The notes beneath the pieces were generated by a model, which was not told the origin of the DNA, searched no databases, and saw only the letters and a program-made list of their open reading frames with translations. From the NCBI GenBank assembly GCA_040755005.1, contig JBFMBV010000004.1, forward strand, positions 8,013 through 72,012: a stretch of 64,000 nucleotides of DNA, written 5' to 3'. Of this stretch, positions 18,818 to 30,551 are shown one piece after another. Positions within the stretch are counted from its first letter, which is position 1. Every line of letters starts with the position of its first letter. Position numbers and translations under genes: made by a program. The stretch is from Bacillota bacterium (GTDB lineage: Bacteria > Bacillota > Sulfobacillia > JBFMBV01).

Positions 18818-19600
18818 TCAGCCCTGAATAGCCACGAGTAGATAATATGCAAGGGGCAGGGCGAACAAGAGGCTGTCAGCCCGGTCCAGCATGCCGCCAT
18901 GGCCGGGCAGGGACCTCCCGCTGTCCTTGGCGCCGGCGTATCGTTTCAGCGCGGACTCGGCCAGGTCGCCCAACTGGCCGACGGTCGCCACCGACCCCCC
19001 GGCAATGGCCCCGGTGAGGCCCCCCAGGCTGAGGGCCGGTGCGAATAGGCAACCGGCCGCTGCCCCGGCGCACACCCCCGCCAGGGCGCCCTCGACGGAC
19101 TTCTTAGGGCTGATCCGCGGGGCTAGGCGTCTGCGGCCCCAACGCACCCCGACGAAGTAGGCGGCGCTGTCACAGGCCCAGACGCTGATCACGGGGAAGA
19201 GGGCGTGCCAGGGACCCAAGCCCCGCAGGGCGACCAGGTGGCCCAGGGTGAGGCCGATGTACACCAGGCCAAGGACGGACAGCAGGAAATCGGGGCGCGC
19301 GTGCCGCTCAGGGTCTGACAGCTGCACGGCAAAGGTCAGTACGAAGGAGCCTGTCAACGCGGCGCCGGCGACCCACGGCTGCCCCGCCCAGAAAGCGTAC
19401 ATGATCCCGGCCAGGCCTGGGAGGGCCGCCAGGCCCGCGGCGGCAGTCAGCATGTCCCGCTCCCGCCAGAGGGCGCACCACTCGGTCATGGCCCAGGCCG
19501 CGATGATGACCATGGCCACGGTCAATGGCCAGCCTCCGTACCACACCAGGGTCAGGAAGACAGGCCCGCCCAGGATGGCGGTGAGGATGCGTTGGCGCAT
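18818..19600 (-). CDS. cdsA: phosphatidate cytidylyltransferase
   Basis: CdsA membrane core with the C-terminal GHGGMLDRADSLLFALP signature. The ORF track extends to 19720, overlapping uppS by 119 nt. An ATG at 19598-19600, 1 nt after the uppS stop, gives 260 aa. Confidence 0.85.
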   Translation of the reverse strand: MRQRILTAILGGPVFLTLVWYGGWPLTVAMVIIAAWAMTEWCALWRERDMLTAAAGLAALPGLAGIMYAFWAGQPWVAGAALTGSFVLTFAVQLSDPERHARPDFLLSVLGLVYIGLTLGHLVALRGLGPWHALFPVISVWACDSAAYFVGVRWGRRRLAPRISPKKSVEGALAGVCAGAAAGCLFAPALSLGGLTGAIAGGSVATVGQLGDLAESALKRYAGAKDSGRSLPGHGGMLDRADSLLFALPLAYYLLVAIQG

Positions 19601-19601
19601 G

Positions 19602-20348
19602 TCAGCTCCCCTCCCCCAGACCGCCGTAACGTCGCTGCCTACGGGCATAGTCCGCGAAGGCCCGGAGCAGTTGCCTCCGGTCGAAGTCAGGCCACAGCAC
19701 GGTGGAGAACCACAGCTCACTATAGGCGATCTGCCACAACAGGAAGTTGGACACCCGCTGTTCGCCGCCGGACCTGATCACCAGGTCCGGGTCGGGCAGT
19801 CCCGCCGTGTACAGGTGGCGGGAAAACTCAGCCTCGTCCAGCTGGGCGGGCTGGAGCTTGCCCTCGGCGGCTTCCTGGGCGACTTCCCTGGCGGCCCTGA
19901 CCAACTCGGCGCGGCCGCCATAGCTCAGACCCACGTTTACGATGAGTCCCCGGTTCCGGGCGGTACGGCCCAGCGCATCCTGCACCCGGGACTGAAGGGA
20001 CCGCGGCAGTTCATCCAGACGGCCCATCAGCCTAAGCCGCACCCCGCCGCGTTCCAGTTCCTTAAAGCTCTGGTCCAGGAACTCCTCGAGCAGTAGCATC
20101 AACCCTTGGACCTCGTCCCGGGGCCGCCGCCAGTTCTCCGTCGAAAAAGCATAGACGCTCAGGACCTCTACACCCCACTCGCGGCAGACGTCCACGACCC
20201 GCCTCAGGCTTTCGGCGCCGGCCCTATGGCCGGCCAGCCGGGGCAGTCCGCGGCGCGCGGCCCACCGGCCGTTGCCATCCATGATGACGGCCACATGCCT
20301 AGGCACCACAGGCGGGGCGGGGGTGAACAGGCCGCGCCAGCAACGCAT
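19602..20348 (-). CDS. uppS: isoprenyl transferase (undecaprenyl-diphosphate synthase)
   Basis: HVAVIMDGNGRWA...FSTENWRRP motifs. GTG-ATG at the 5' end with the ATG at 20346-20348 taken as start. SD AAGGAGG is 8 nt upstream. Confidence 0.9.
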   Translation of the reverse strand: MRCWRGLFTPAPPVVPRHVAVIMDGNGRWAARRGLPRLAGHRAGAESLRRVVDVCREWGVEVLSVYAFSTENWRRPRDEVQGLMLLLEEFLDQSFKELERGGVRLRLMGRLDELPRSLQSRVQDALGRTARNRGLIVNVGLSYGGRAELVRAAREVAQEAAEGKLQPAQLDEAEFSRHLYTAGLPDPDLVIRSGGEQRVSNFLLWQIAYSELWFSTVLWPDFDRRQLLRAFADYARRQRRYGGLGEGS

Positions 20349-20371
20349 CACCGCAGCCTCCTTGACAGGAC

Positions 20372-20389
20372 GACCCCCATGCGGGGGTC
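20372..20389 (-). promoter_or_regulatory. GC-rich hairpin spanning the stop codon of the small PASTA ORF, in the uppS leader
   Basis: GACCCCC-GCAU-GGGGGUC (7-bp stem), not followed by a U-tract, so it is not a classical terminator. Confidence 0.3.
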
Positions 20390-20587
20390 AACCGGGTTCT
20401 GTCCGACTGCTTGCTCGCGCCACGACTAGGGTCACCGGCCCTGTCGCCGGGCTGTCGACTCTGAGTACCCTGGCCGTACCCGCGGGGCGTCTGTCCCCGG
20501 GATAAGTCCACTGCACCGTCCCCACCTCCACCCCCAGGCGTCGGCATTCCTCAAGGGCTTCGGCGAGGGTCAGGCCCACCAGGTCGG

Positions 20588-20591
<4 letters not shown>
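20388..20591 (-). CDS. small (67 aa) stand-alone PASTA-domain-like protein
   Basis: [59 protein letters not shown] matches the PASTA consensus along its whole length. GTG start forms a GTGA overlap with the frr stop. High GC3 and same strand as the operon. No signal peptide. Confidence 0.45.
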
Positions 20592-22521
<1,930 letters not shown>

Positions 22522-22544
22522 CTCTATCCTCCTTAACGGGTTAA

Positions 22545-22575
22545 GCAAAAGGGGCAAGGTCTGACGCCTTGCCCC
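22545..22575 (-). terminator. intercistronic intrinsic terminator/attenuator between rpsB and tsf
   Basis: Minus strand: GGGGCAAGG-CGUCAGA-CCUUGCCCC (9-bp stem, 22551-22575) followed by UUUUGCUU. Begins 10 nt after the rpsB stop. Confidence 0.6.
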
Positions 22576-22585
22576 ACCTGCCAAG

Positions 22586-23305
22586 CTACTCCTCGCCTGC
22601 TTCGGCGGGGGCCTCCCCTTGCTCTCCCTGGCGCCCTTCGATGATCGCGTCCGCCATCTTGCTGGTCAGCAGGCGGACCGCCCGAATGGCGTCGTCGTTG
22701 CCGGGAATGACATGGGTGATTTCGTCGGGGTCGCAGTTGGTGTCGACGATGGCGACGATGGGCAGCCCCAGCCGGTTCGCTTCGGCAACGGCGATGCGCT
22801 CCTTGCGGGAGTCGATGATGAACAGGGCCGTGGGCAGCGAAGCCATGTGCTTGATCCCCGACAGGTACTTCTCGAGCTTGTCGCGTTCGCGTAGGAGCAT
22901 GCTGACTTCCTTCTTGGGCAGCCGTTCGAAAGTGCCCTCTTCCTGCATCCTGTTGAGGGCGTTCAGGCGCTCCACGCGCTTCTTGATGGTGTTGAAGTTG
23001 GTGAGCATGCCGCCCAGCCAGCGCTGGTTCACATAGTACATGTCGCAGCGAGTGGCCTCTTCGGCCACGGCTTCTTGGGCCTGCTTCTTGGTCCCGACGA
23101 ACAGGATCGTGCCCCCGGCCGCCGCGACCGACTTGACGAAATTGTACGCATCCTCGACTTTGCGGACCGTTTTTTGGAGATCGATGATGTAGATGCCGTT
23201 GCGCTCAGTGAAAATGTACTGAGCCATCTTGGGGTTCCAGCGTCTGGTCTGGTGGCCGAAGTGCACGCCAGCTTCCAGAAGCTGCTTCATGGAGATGATG
23301 GACAC
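22586..23305 (-). CDS. rpsB: 30S ribosomal protein S2
   Basis: 239-aa ORF. N-terminus [32 protein letters not shown] is classic S2. Confidence 0.95.
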   Translation of the reverse strand: MSIISMKQLLEAGVHFGHQTRRWNPKMAQYIFTERNGIYIIDLQKTVRKVEDAYNFVKSVAAAGGTILFVGTKKQAQEAVAEEATRCDMYYVNQRWLGGMLTNFNTIKKRVERLNALNRMQEEGTFERLPKKEVSMLLRERDKLEKYLSGIKHMASLPTALFIIDSRKERIAVAEANRLGLPIVAIVDTNCDPDEITHVIPGNDDAIRAVRLLTSKMADAIIEGRQGEQGEAPAEAGEE

Positions 23306-23423
23306 GGTTGCCTGACCTCCTCGGGTTTGTCCTCCGCCCGCCTCATACCTCAGGCCGACCCCTAAGGGGCACCACGGCCTGCGTCAGCGAACGTGTGTAG
23401 TGCCTTACCGGACACCAAATGCT

Positions 23424-23453
23424 AGTATACCACATGTCGAGGGAACCGACAAT
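23424..23453 (-). promoter_or_regulatory. candidate sigma-A promoter of rpsB-tsf-pyrH-frr
   Basis: Minus strand: TTGTCG (23447-23452), 17-nt spacer, extended -10 TGGTATACT (-10 at 23424-23429). Leaves a ~115-nt 5' leader before rpsB. Confidence 0.45.
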
Positions 23454-23486
23454 TCGGTGGGCCGCCCTGGCGCGGCGCGCCCGGCC

Positions 23487-24263
23487 TCAGCGCCGCCTCC
23501 TGAGCTCGGCCAGTAGGCGGTCGTTGAGCACTTTGATGTGGGTGCCTTTCATACCGAGGGAGCGCGACTCGATCACACCAGCGCTCTCGAACTTGCGCAA
23601 GGCGTTGACGATGACCGAACGGGTGATGCCTACCCTGTCTGCGATCTTGCTGGCTACCAGCAGCCCTTCATCGCCTTCGAGCTCTGCGAAGATGTGCCGT
23701 ACCGCCTCAAGCTCGGAGTAGGACAGGGTGCCGAGGGCCACATGAACTGCGGCTTGCTTGCGAGCCTCGTCCTCTACGCGCTCGACCTTGCCCCGCATCA
23801 TCTCCATGCCGACGACTGTAGCAGCGTATTCGCTCAGGATCAGGTCCTCGTCGGTGAAGACCTTCGAGAACCGCGCCAGGATCAATGTCCCCAGGCGATC
23901 GCCACCCCCGTTGATCGGGACGATGGTGCTGAGCTTCTCCGTGAACAGGCACTGCTCGGCAGGCTTGAACACGCACTCCCCGCGCTGCTGTCCCTGGTTA
24001 GGTAGGGTCTCCGCGGTCCGCAGCAAGCCTTGGGCGTAGTCGCGGGGGAAACGGCGGTGCTCCAGCACTTCTTCCCGCAACACGCCGCACTCAAACCCGT
24101 GCAGCAGGGCCCGACCCAGGATAGCCCCCTCGCGGTCGAGCACGTATACATTCGCGACGATCAGATCCGACAAGGCCCTGGCCATGTCTTGGAAGTCCAC
24201 GGGATGCCCGGCCGACCTTTGCAGCAGCTTGTTGATCTGGCGCGTCTTCTCCAAGAGGCTCAT
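23487..24263 (-). CDS. codY: GTP-sensing pleiotropic transcriptional repressor CodY
   Basis: 258-aa ORF with the N-terminus [15 protein letters not shown], a GAF domain and the C-terminal wHTH ([38 protein letters not shown]). Confidence 0.95.
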   Translation of the reverse strand: MSLLEKTRQINKLLQRSAGHPVDFQDMARALSDLIVANVYVLDREGAILGRALLHGFECGVLREEVLEHRRFPRDYAQGLLRTAETLPNQGQQRGECVFKPAEQCLFTEKLSTIVPINGGGDRLGTLILARFSKVFTDEDLILSEYAATVVGMEMMRGKVERVEDEARKQAAVHVALGTLSYSELEAVRHIFAELEGDEGLLVASKIADRVGITRSVIVNALRKFESAGVIESRSLGMKGTHIKVLNDRLLAELRRRR

Positions 24264-24279
24264 CCATCCCGCCCCCCCA

Positions 24280-25677
24280 TCACAGGATATACCGGGACAA
24301 ATCCTGGTCGCCGGCGATCCCGGCGAGCTTATCCCGGACGTAATCCCTATCCACTGACACTAGCCCTGCCGCTGTCTCCGGCGCCCCGTAGGACACGTCC
24401 TCCAACAGCTTCTCCAGGACGGTGTGGAGGCGGCGGGCGCCGATGTCCTCAGCCTGCATGTTCACCTGCCAGGCCACATGCGCCAGCTCCCGGATCCCGT
24501 CAGGGGTGAACTCCAGATGCACACCGTCCACCGCCAGGAGCGCATGATACTGCCGCAGCAGTGCCGTGCGGGGTTCAGTCAGGATCTGGACGAAGTCCTC
24601 CTCGGAGAGGCTGGACAGCCCGACTCTGATCGGGAAGCGGCCCTGGAGTTCCGGGATCAGGTCCGACGGCCTGGAGGCGTGGAAAGCGCCTGCAGCGATG
24701 AACAGCACGTGATCCGTCCTGGCCGGCCCGTACTTGGTCATCACCGTGGAACCCTCCACGATGGGCAGGATGTCCCGCTGGACACCTTCCCTGGAGACAT
24801 CGGGGCCTGCCCCTTGCTCCCGGCCAGCGATCTTGTCGAACTCGTCGATGAAGATGATGCCGTCCTCTTCCGCCCTGCGCAGGCCCTCCCTGGCCGCCTG
24901 GTCGGCATCGACCAGCTTGTCCGCTTCCTCCTGTCCCAGCAGCCGCCTGGCCTCCGCCACTTGCACGCGCCTGACCTTCTTGCGCCGGGGGAGCAACCCG
25001 CCCAGCATGTCCTGGAAGTTGATGCCCAGCTCCTCCACGCCAGCCCCTGAGAAGACCTCCACGGTGGGAAGCTGGGTATCGTCTACCTCCAGTTGGACCG
25101 TCTCACCCTCCAGTTCGCCGGCGTCCAGCCGCTGCTCAGTACGTTGCCTGGACTCAACGGCCTCCTGCAGGCGCGCTGCGAACTCCCCAGCATCCTCTTC
25201 GCGGGCCATCGCTCCGCCGAGCAAAGCCTCCAGGGGGTTGCGGGGCCCGGTATCCCGCCTCGGCAGCGGCGCCAGCAGGTCCAGCAAGCGCTCCCGGGCT
25301 AGCCCGCCTGCCTTCCCCCTTACTTCCTCCAGGCGCTCCGCCCGGACCATGCGCACGCTCGTTTCTACGAGGTCGCGAACCATTGATTCCACATCGCGCC
25401 CGACGTAGCCGACCTCCGTGTACTTGGTCGCCTCCACCTTGATGAAGGGGGCCTGCACCAGCCTAGCCAGGCGCCGGGCGATCTCGGTCTTGCCCACCCC
25501 GGTCGGGCCGATCATGAGTATGTTCTTGGGGACGACCTCGTCCCGCAGCTCCTCGGCGAGCAGGCGCCGACGGTAACGGTTCCGTAAGGCGACCGCCACC
25601 GCCCGCTTGGCCTGCTCCTGACCGATCACATACTGGCTCAGTTCCGCCACGACTCTGGCTGGGGTGAGCTCCTTCAC
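24280..25677 (-). CDS. hslU: ATP-dependent protease ATPase subunit HslU
   Basis: 465-aa ORF with the HslU N-terminus [37 protein letters not shown] and the Walker A motif [15 protein letters not shown]. Confidence 0.95.
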   Translation of the reverse strand: MKELTPARVVAELSQYVIGQEQAKRAVAVALRNRYRRRLLAEELRDEVVPKNILMIGPTGVGKTEIARRLARLVQAPFIKVEATKYTEVGYVGRDVESMVRDLVETSVRMVRAERLEEVRGKAGGLARERLLDLLAPLPRRDTGPRNPLEALLGGAMAREEDAGEFAARLQEAVESRQRTEQRLDAGELEGETVQLEVDDTQLPTVEVFSGAGVEELGINFQDMLGGLLPRRKKVRRVQVAEARRLLGQEEADKLVDADQAAREGLRRAEEDGIIFIDEFDKIAGREQGAGPDVSREGVQRDILPIVEGSTVMTKYGPARTDHVLFIAAGAFHASRPSDLIPELQGRFPIRVGLSSLSEEDFVQILTEPRTALLRQYHALLAVDGVHLEFTPDGIRELAHVAWQVNMQAEDIGARRLHTVLEKLLEDVSYGAPETAAGLVSVDRDYVRDKLAGIAGDQDLSRYIL

Positions 25678-25692
25678 TGCGCGGGTGTCCTC

Positions 25693-26229
25693 CTAGACCT
25701 CTTCCACAACCACGCGGTCGTTAGTGTACAAACAGATCTCACTGGCGATCCTGATGGCCTCGGCAGCGATCTCCGCGGCACCCAACCGGGAGTGACGAGC
25801 CAGTGCCCGGGCGGCCGCGAGCGCATAGGGGCCGCCGGCCCCAATGGCGAGCACGCCGTCGTCGGGCTCGATGACCTCCCCGCTCCCGGACACCAATAGC
25901 AGCGCCGCGGCGTCGGCCGCGAGGAGCATGGCCTCCAGCCGCCTCAGGATCCGGTCGGTGCGCCAATCCCGGGCGAACAGGACCGCCGCCCGGGTCAGCT
26001 GCCCATTAGCTTGTTCGAGCTTGCTCTCGAACCGGTCGAACAGAGTCTGGGCATCGCCCACTGAGCCGGCGAAGCCGACCACCACCCGGCTCTGGTAGAT
26101 CCGCCTGACCTTACGGGCTGTGTGCTTGATGATGGTATGCGCGGCCAGGGTGACCTGGCCGTCTCCGCCGATGGCACACTGGCCGTTGAGCCGGACCCCT
26201 ACGATGGTCGTGCCTTGCAGCGTACCGAT
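25693..26229 (-). CDS. hslV: ATP-dependent protease subunit HslV (start codon unresolved)
   Basis: Frame reads ...GTLQG-TTIVGVRLNGQCAIGGDGQVTLAAHTIIKHTARKVRRIYQSRVVVGFAGSVGDAQTLFDRFE..., the HslV fold, with catalytic Thr codons at 26209-26211 and 26206-26208. There is no in-frame ATG/GTG/TTG between the upstream stop context and the Thr codons. An SD GGGAGGUG sits 8 nt before an AUC at 26227-26229. The end coordinate is provisional. Confidence 0.8.
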   Translation of the reverse strand: MGTLQGTTIVGVRLNGQCAIGGDGQVTLAAHTIIKHTARKVRRIYQSRVVVGFAGSVGDAQTLFDRFESKLEQANGQLTRAAVLFARDWRTDRILRRLEAMLLAADAAALLLVSGSGEVIEPDDGVLAIGAGGPYALAAARALARHSRLGAAEIAAEAIRIASEICLYTNDRVVVEEV

Positions 26230-26249
26230 GCCTGGCGCACCTCCCGCAT

Positions 26250-27140
26250 TCAGGCCCTGGGATGAGCCCTCCTGTATACGGCCCGCATGCGTTCCTGGGT
26301 CACATGGGCGTAGATCTGCGTGGTCGAGATGCTCACATGCCCGAGCAGTTCCTGCACGGATCTCAGGTCAGCCCCCGCATCCAGCAGATGGGTGGCGAAA
26401 GAGTGCCTGAGGGTGTGCGGGCTGACCTTCCTGGACCGCGCGGTCTGATCCAGGTACTTGTCGAGGATGCGCCGCACGCTCCTGTCCCGCAGCCGTGTGC
26501 CCCTGCTGTTGACGAACAGCGCCCGCTCGGGCCTCCCGGCCACCATGGAGGGCCGGGCCTCCCGCAAGTACCGGGCTAGGGCCCTGAGGGCGTAGCTCCC
26601 GACGGGCACCAGCCGCTCCTTCCGCCCCTTCCCGTAGGCGATGAGGAACCCCTCGTCGAGGGACACTGACCCTAAGTCCAGGCCTACCAGCTCGCCGACG
26701 CGGAGGCCGGCTGCATACAGCGTCTCCAGAAGGGCCGCGTCCCGCAGTCCGAGGGGGTGGCTGGGGTCGGGGGCGTCCAGCAGCGCTGCCACCTCTTCCA
26801 CATGGAGGAAGCCGGGCAAGCGGCGCCCCAGTTTGGGACCGGACACACTGGCCAGGGGATGCTCCGGCAGCCCGCCCTCCCGGCAGACAAACCGAAAGAA
26901 TGAGCGCAGGGTGGCCAGCTTCCGTGCCATGCTCCGCCGGGCGTAGCTTCGGGCTACCAGGTGGCCGAGGAAGCGGCGGGCAGTGAGGTGATCCACCCCG
27001 GCCAGATCCCTTCCGAGGCCTTCCCTGGCGCAAAAGCCAAAGAACTGCGACAGGTCACCGGCGTAGCTCCGCAGCGTGTGCTCGGAGGCGCCCTTTTCGA
27101 CCCTCAAGTAGTCTAGGAACGGCCCCAGCCAGTCTGACAC
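26250..27140 (-). CDS. xerC: tyrosine recombinase XerC (CodV-like)
   Basis: [23 protein letters not shown]... followed by the catalytic R..HxxR..Y block ([36 protein letters not shown]). The ORF-track start at 27446 overlaps topA by 170 nt. A GTG at 27138-27140 with GGAGG 6 nt upstream gives 296 aa. Confidence 0.85.
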   Translation of the reverse strand: MSDWLGPFLDYLRVEKGASEHTLRSYAGDLSQFFGFCAREGLGRDLAGVDHLTARRFLGHLVARSYARRSMARKLATLRSFFRFVCREGGLPEHPLASVSGPKLGRRLPGFLHVEEVAALLDAPDPSHPLGLRDAALLETLYAAGLRVGELVGLDLGSVSLDEGFLIAYGKGRKERLVPVGSYALRALARYLREARPSMVAGRPERALFVNSRGTRLRDRSVRRILDKYLDQTARSRKVSPHTLRHSFATHLLDAGADLRSVQELLGHVSISTTQIYAHVTQERMRAVYRRAHPRA

Positions 27141-27162
27141 AGCCAACCTCCGATCCAGACAC

Positions 27163-27191
27163 ATTGTACCACTGCCCGACTGCGGCTTCAA
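27163..27191 (-). promoter_or_regulatory. candidate sigma-A promoter for xerC-hslVU-codY
   Basis: Minus strand: TTGAAG (27186-27191), 17-nt spacer, extended -10 TGGTACAAT (-10 at 27163-27168). Lies in the 112-nt gap after topA. Confidence 0.4.
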
Positions 27192-27276
27192 TTCACAATT
27201 CTCAGAACATCGCGGCATCAGCGTCTCCGGGGGCGGCGTGAGCGCAGGCAAGCCCAGCTCCCGATGCCGACTGGGT

Positions 27277-29364
27277 TCAACCCGCCTCGGTCTCCATGCG
27301 GTGGCCGCACTCCTCCTTGGCGCAGACCAACACAGGACTCTGACCGCGGCGACGTTGTTCGAACATGACGGTTCCGCAGGCCGGGCACTCTCCGGCCGGC
27401 ACCTTCCACGACACGTAGTCGCACTCCGGGTATCGCACGCACCCATAGAACCTGCGTTTCTGTTTGGTCCGGCGCGCGGCCAGCTCCCCGCCGCAACGTG
27501 GGCAGCGTCCCGGGACGGTCTCGATCAGGGGTTTGGTGCTGCGGCACTCAGGGAAGCCTGGGCAGGCCAGGAACTTCCCGTAGCGTCCCCATTTCACCAC
27601 CATGTTCTGGCCGCACTTCTCACAGAGCACATCGCTGACTTCCTCGGCCACGGTGAGGGGACCGATGGCTTCCTCCGCCTTGGTCAGGGTGGCAACGAAC
27701 GGCGGGTAGAACTCACCCAGCACGTCGTGCCACCCCCGCGAACCTTCTTCGACCTCGTCCAGCCTGCGTTCCAGTTCTGCCGTGAACTCCACGTCCACTA
27801 CGTCCGCGAAATGCTCCGTGAGCAGGTCCGTCACCAGCGTGCCCAGCTCGGTGGGGACCAGGCGCCGCTGGGACTTGGAGGCATACCCGCGGGTGACGAT
27901 GGTGTCGATGGTCGGAGCGTATGTACTCGGACGTCCGATGCCCTGCTCTTCCAGGGCCCTGACCAGGGTCGCCTCGGTGTACCGGGGCGGGGCTTGGGTG
28001 AAGTGCTGCTTCGGCATGAGTTCTGCCAGGCGCACGGGCTCCCCCGGCACGAGCTCCGGCAGGTTGCCTTCGTCCTTGTCGGCGTCGGGTTCATCCTCAC
28101 CCACGGTGTACAGGGCAGTGAACCCAGCGAAACGTAACGTGGACCCGGAGGCCCGGAACAGGTGGCGGCCTGCGGCGATCTCCGCCGTGACCACATCGAA
28201 CAGGGCAGCCGCCATTTCGCTGGCCACGAAGCGCTCCCAGATGAGCCTGTACAGGCGGTACTGCTCTGAACTCAAGTACGGCTTCAGCGTTTCAGGTTCC
28301 CGCGACACTGCCGTGGGACGGATGGCCTCATGGGCCTCCTGAGCGCCCTTGGCCTTCACCGCCTCCCGGGGGCGCGCCGGCACGAACTTGGCCCCGAACC
28401 GGCCCTTGATGTACTTGCGCACCTCTTCCCTGGCTGGCGCCGCGATGCGGGTGGAGTCGGTGCGCATGTACGTGATGAGGCCGACAGCGCCGCCACCACC
28501 TACCTCAAGGCCTTCGTACAGCTGCTGGGCAATGGCCATGGTCCGTCGGACCGGGAACCCCAGCTTCCGAAAGGCTTCCTGCTGCATGGTCGAGGTGATG
28601 AACGCCGGTTCGGCTAAGCGGCGCCGCTCCTTAGACTTAACACTGACGACACTGAACGCGGCCCGCGCGATGGCGGCCTGCACTCTGTCCACGTCGGCGC
28701 CGGTCTTCAGCTCGACCTTGCGTCCAGCCTCGCCCCAATACTTGGCCGTGAACACCACCTCGTCGGAGCACCTGGCCAGCCGGGCTGTGAGCGACCAGTA
28801 CTCCTCAGGCACAAAGGCGTGGATCTGCCGTTCCCTGTCCACGATCAGCTTGAGGGCTACCGACTGCACCCGCCCGGCGCTCAAGCCCGGCCGCACCTTG
28901 CGCCACAGCAAGGGGCTCAGTTTGTACCCCACCACGCGGTCCAGGACCCTGCGGGCCTGCTGGGCGTCGACCAGGTTCATGTTGATGGGGCGGGGATGCT
29001 TCAGGGCCCCCTCGACCGCCTCTTTGGTGATCTCATGGAACTCGATGCGTACGGCGTTGGCGGGCAGGTTCAGGATGTCAGCCAGGTGCCAGGAGATCGC
29101 CTCTCCTTCCCGGTCAGGGTCTGTCGCCAGATACACCTTGCCCGCCTTCTTGGCGCTGTCCCTGAGCTGCTTGACGATGTCCCCTTTGCCCCTGATCGTG
29201 ATGTATTTCGGGGTGAATCCGTGCTCCACGTCGACCCCGAACTGGCTGCGGGGCAAGTCCCGGATATGGCCCATCGAAGCCTTGACCTGGCAACGCCGTC
29301 CCAGCAGGCGTTCCAGGGTCCTGGCCTTGGCGGGGGATTCCACGATGATCAGCGGTTTCGGCAC
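27277..29364 (-). CDS. topA: DNA topoisomerase I
   Basis: 695-aa ORF with the N-terminus [22 protein letters not shown], a Toprim domain, the catalytic core and C-terminal Zn-ribbon repeats (CPxCG). Confidence 0.95.
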   Translation of the reverse strand: MPKPLIIVESPAKARTLERLLGRRCQVKASMGHIRDLPRSQFGVDVEHGFTPKYITIRGKGDIVKQLRDSAKKAGKVYLATDPDREGEAISWHLADILNLPANAVRIEFHEITKEAVEGALKHPRPINMNLVDAQQARRVLDRVVGYKLSPLLWRKVRPGLSAGRVQSVALKLIVDRERQIHAFVPEEYWSLTARLARCSDEVVFTAKYWGEAGRKVELKTGADVDRVQAAIARAAFSVVSVKSKERRRLAEPAFITSTMQQEAFRKLGFPVRRTMAIAQQLYEGLEVGGGGAVGLITYMRTDSTRIAAPAREEVRKYIKGRFGAKFVPARPREAVKAKGAQEAHEAIRPTAVSREPETLKPYLSSEQYRLYRLIWERFVASEMAAALFDVVTAEIAAGRHLFRASGSTLRFAGFTALYTVGEDEPDADKDEGNLPELVPGEPVRLAELMPKQHFTQAPPRYTEATLVRALEEQGIGRPSTYAPTIDTIVTRGYASKSQRRLVPTELGTLVTDLLTEHFADVVDVEFTAELERRLDEVEEGSRGWHDVLGEFYPPFVATLTKAEEAIGPLTVAEEVSDVLCEKCGQNMVVKWGRYGKFLACPGFPECRSTKPLIETVPGRCPRCGGELAARRTKQKRRFYGCVRYPECDYVSWKVPAGECPACGTVMFEQRRRGQSPVLVCAKEECGHRMETEAG

Positions 29365-29394
29365 GACACACCTCCGCGATGGGGCGCCTACGCG

Positions 29395-30495
29395 TTACTC
29401 TAGTATCTTCCGGCGCCGGGTACCTATCACACGTCCGTCATCGAGCTGGGAGCACCAGCCGCCCAACTCGAGCAAGGCCAAGGCCGCCTGGAGCCTCGCG
29501 GGTCCCCAGCCAAGCCTGAGCGCGAGCGAATCCGCTGCGACCGGGGCCGGGCCGAGCAGGTCAAGCAGGACAGACCCATCTCCGCCGGGTCCGCCCGCAC
29601 AAGCTGACGCCGCGGACGCGCTGCCCGCTGCCCAGCCCAGGGCCTGGAGGACATCGGCGGCGCCCTCAACGAGCAGCGCCCCGTCTTTGAGCAAGCGGTT
29701 AGCGCCCGCACTCCGGCTGTCAGTGACCGGGCCGGGCACCGCCATGACTTCCCTACCTTGCTCCAGGGCGGCCTCGGCGGTGATCAGCGCCCCTGAGCGT
29801 GCCCCCGCCTCGACTATCACCACCGCCTGGCTCAGCCCGCTGATGATCCGGTTGCGGGCGGGGAAGTTCTCCCCCTGGGGGGGAGTCCCCGGCGGCACCT
29901 CCGCCAGGAGCAGGCCCTCCCGGCGGATGGCCCCGCCCAAGGGCCTGTGCTCAGGCGGGTAGACCCGGTCCAGGCCGCAGCCCAGCACAGCCCAGGTGAC
30001 GCCACCCGCGGCCAGCGCGCCCTCGTGGGCCGCGCCGTCGATGCCTCGGGCCAGCCCGCTGACTACCGTGACCCCGGCGGCGGCCAAGCCGTAGGCGAGG
30101 CCGGCGGCGACCTCCAGCCCGTAGGCACTGGCCTTGCGTGACCCTACCACCGCCACCGCCCGGCTGAGGGCCGAGACCTTCCCCTGGACATACAGGACCG
30201 GCGGTGGATCGTAGATCATCCTCAGGACCTCAGGGTAGCGGGGATCCAGCCATGTCAGGGCTTCACTGCTGGACTGTTGCACACGGGCGAGCAGCCGGGC
30301 GGGCTCCAGCGTCCGGCGGGCGTCTACAACAGCGGCGGCGGCCGCAGATCCCACACCGCGTGCCGCCGCCAGGGAAACCTCGGAAGCGTGCCAAGCAGCC
30401 TCAGGTGAGCCGAAGGCGTCCAGCAGGGACTGGAAACGGCGGCTACCCACGCCGCGGACAGCGCTAAGGGCCAACCAGTATGCGAGGCCGGACAC
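29395..30495 (-). CDS. dprA: DNA-processing protein DprA (Smf)
   Basis: 366-aa ORF with a SAM-like N-terminus (YWLALSAVRGVGSRRF) and a Rossmann-like DprA core (VVSGLARGIDGAAH). Confidence 0.9.
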   Translation of the reverse strand: MSGLAYWLALSAVRGVGSRRFQSLLDAFGSPEAAWHASEVSLAAARGVGSAAAAAVVDARRTLEPARLLARVQQSSSEALTWLDPRYPEVLRMIYDPPPVLYVQGKVSALSRAVAVVGSRKASAYGLEVAAGLAYGLAAAGVTVVSGLARGIDGAAHEGALAAGGVTWAVLGCGLDRVYPPEHRPLGGAIRREGLLLAEVPPGTPPQGENFPARNRIISGLSQAVVIVEAGARSGALITAEAALEQGREVMAVPGPVTDSRSAGANRLLKDGALLVEGAADVLQALGWAAGSASAASACAGGPGGDGSVLLDLLGPAPVAADSLALRLGWGPARLQAALALLELGGWCSQLDDGRVIGTRRRKILE

Positions 30496-30551
30496 AAGTC
30501 ATCCCCCGTCCGCCTCTCATTCTACGGCGGTGGAGGAAGTCCTGCCGACCC

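Noticed and set aside
23458-23486. GC-rich palindromic stretch immediately after the codY stop (GGCCGGGCGCGCCGCGCCAGGGCGGCC) as a terminator
   Set aside because: It is not followed by any U-tract and it overlaps the -35 of the rpsB promoter candidate. It may form structure, but I cannot support calling it an intrinsic terminator.
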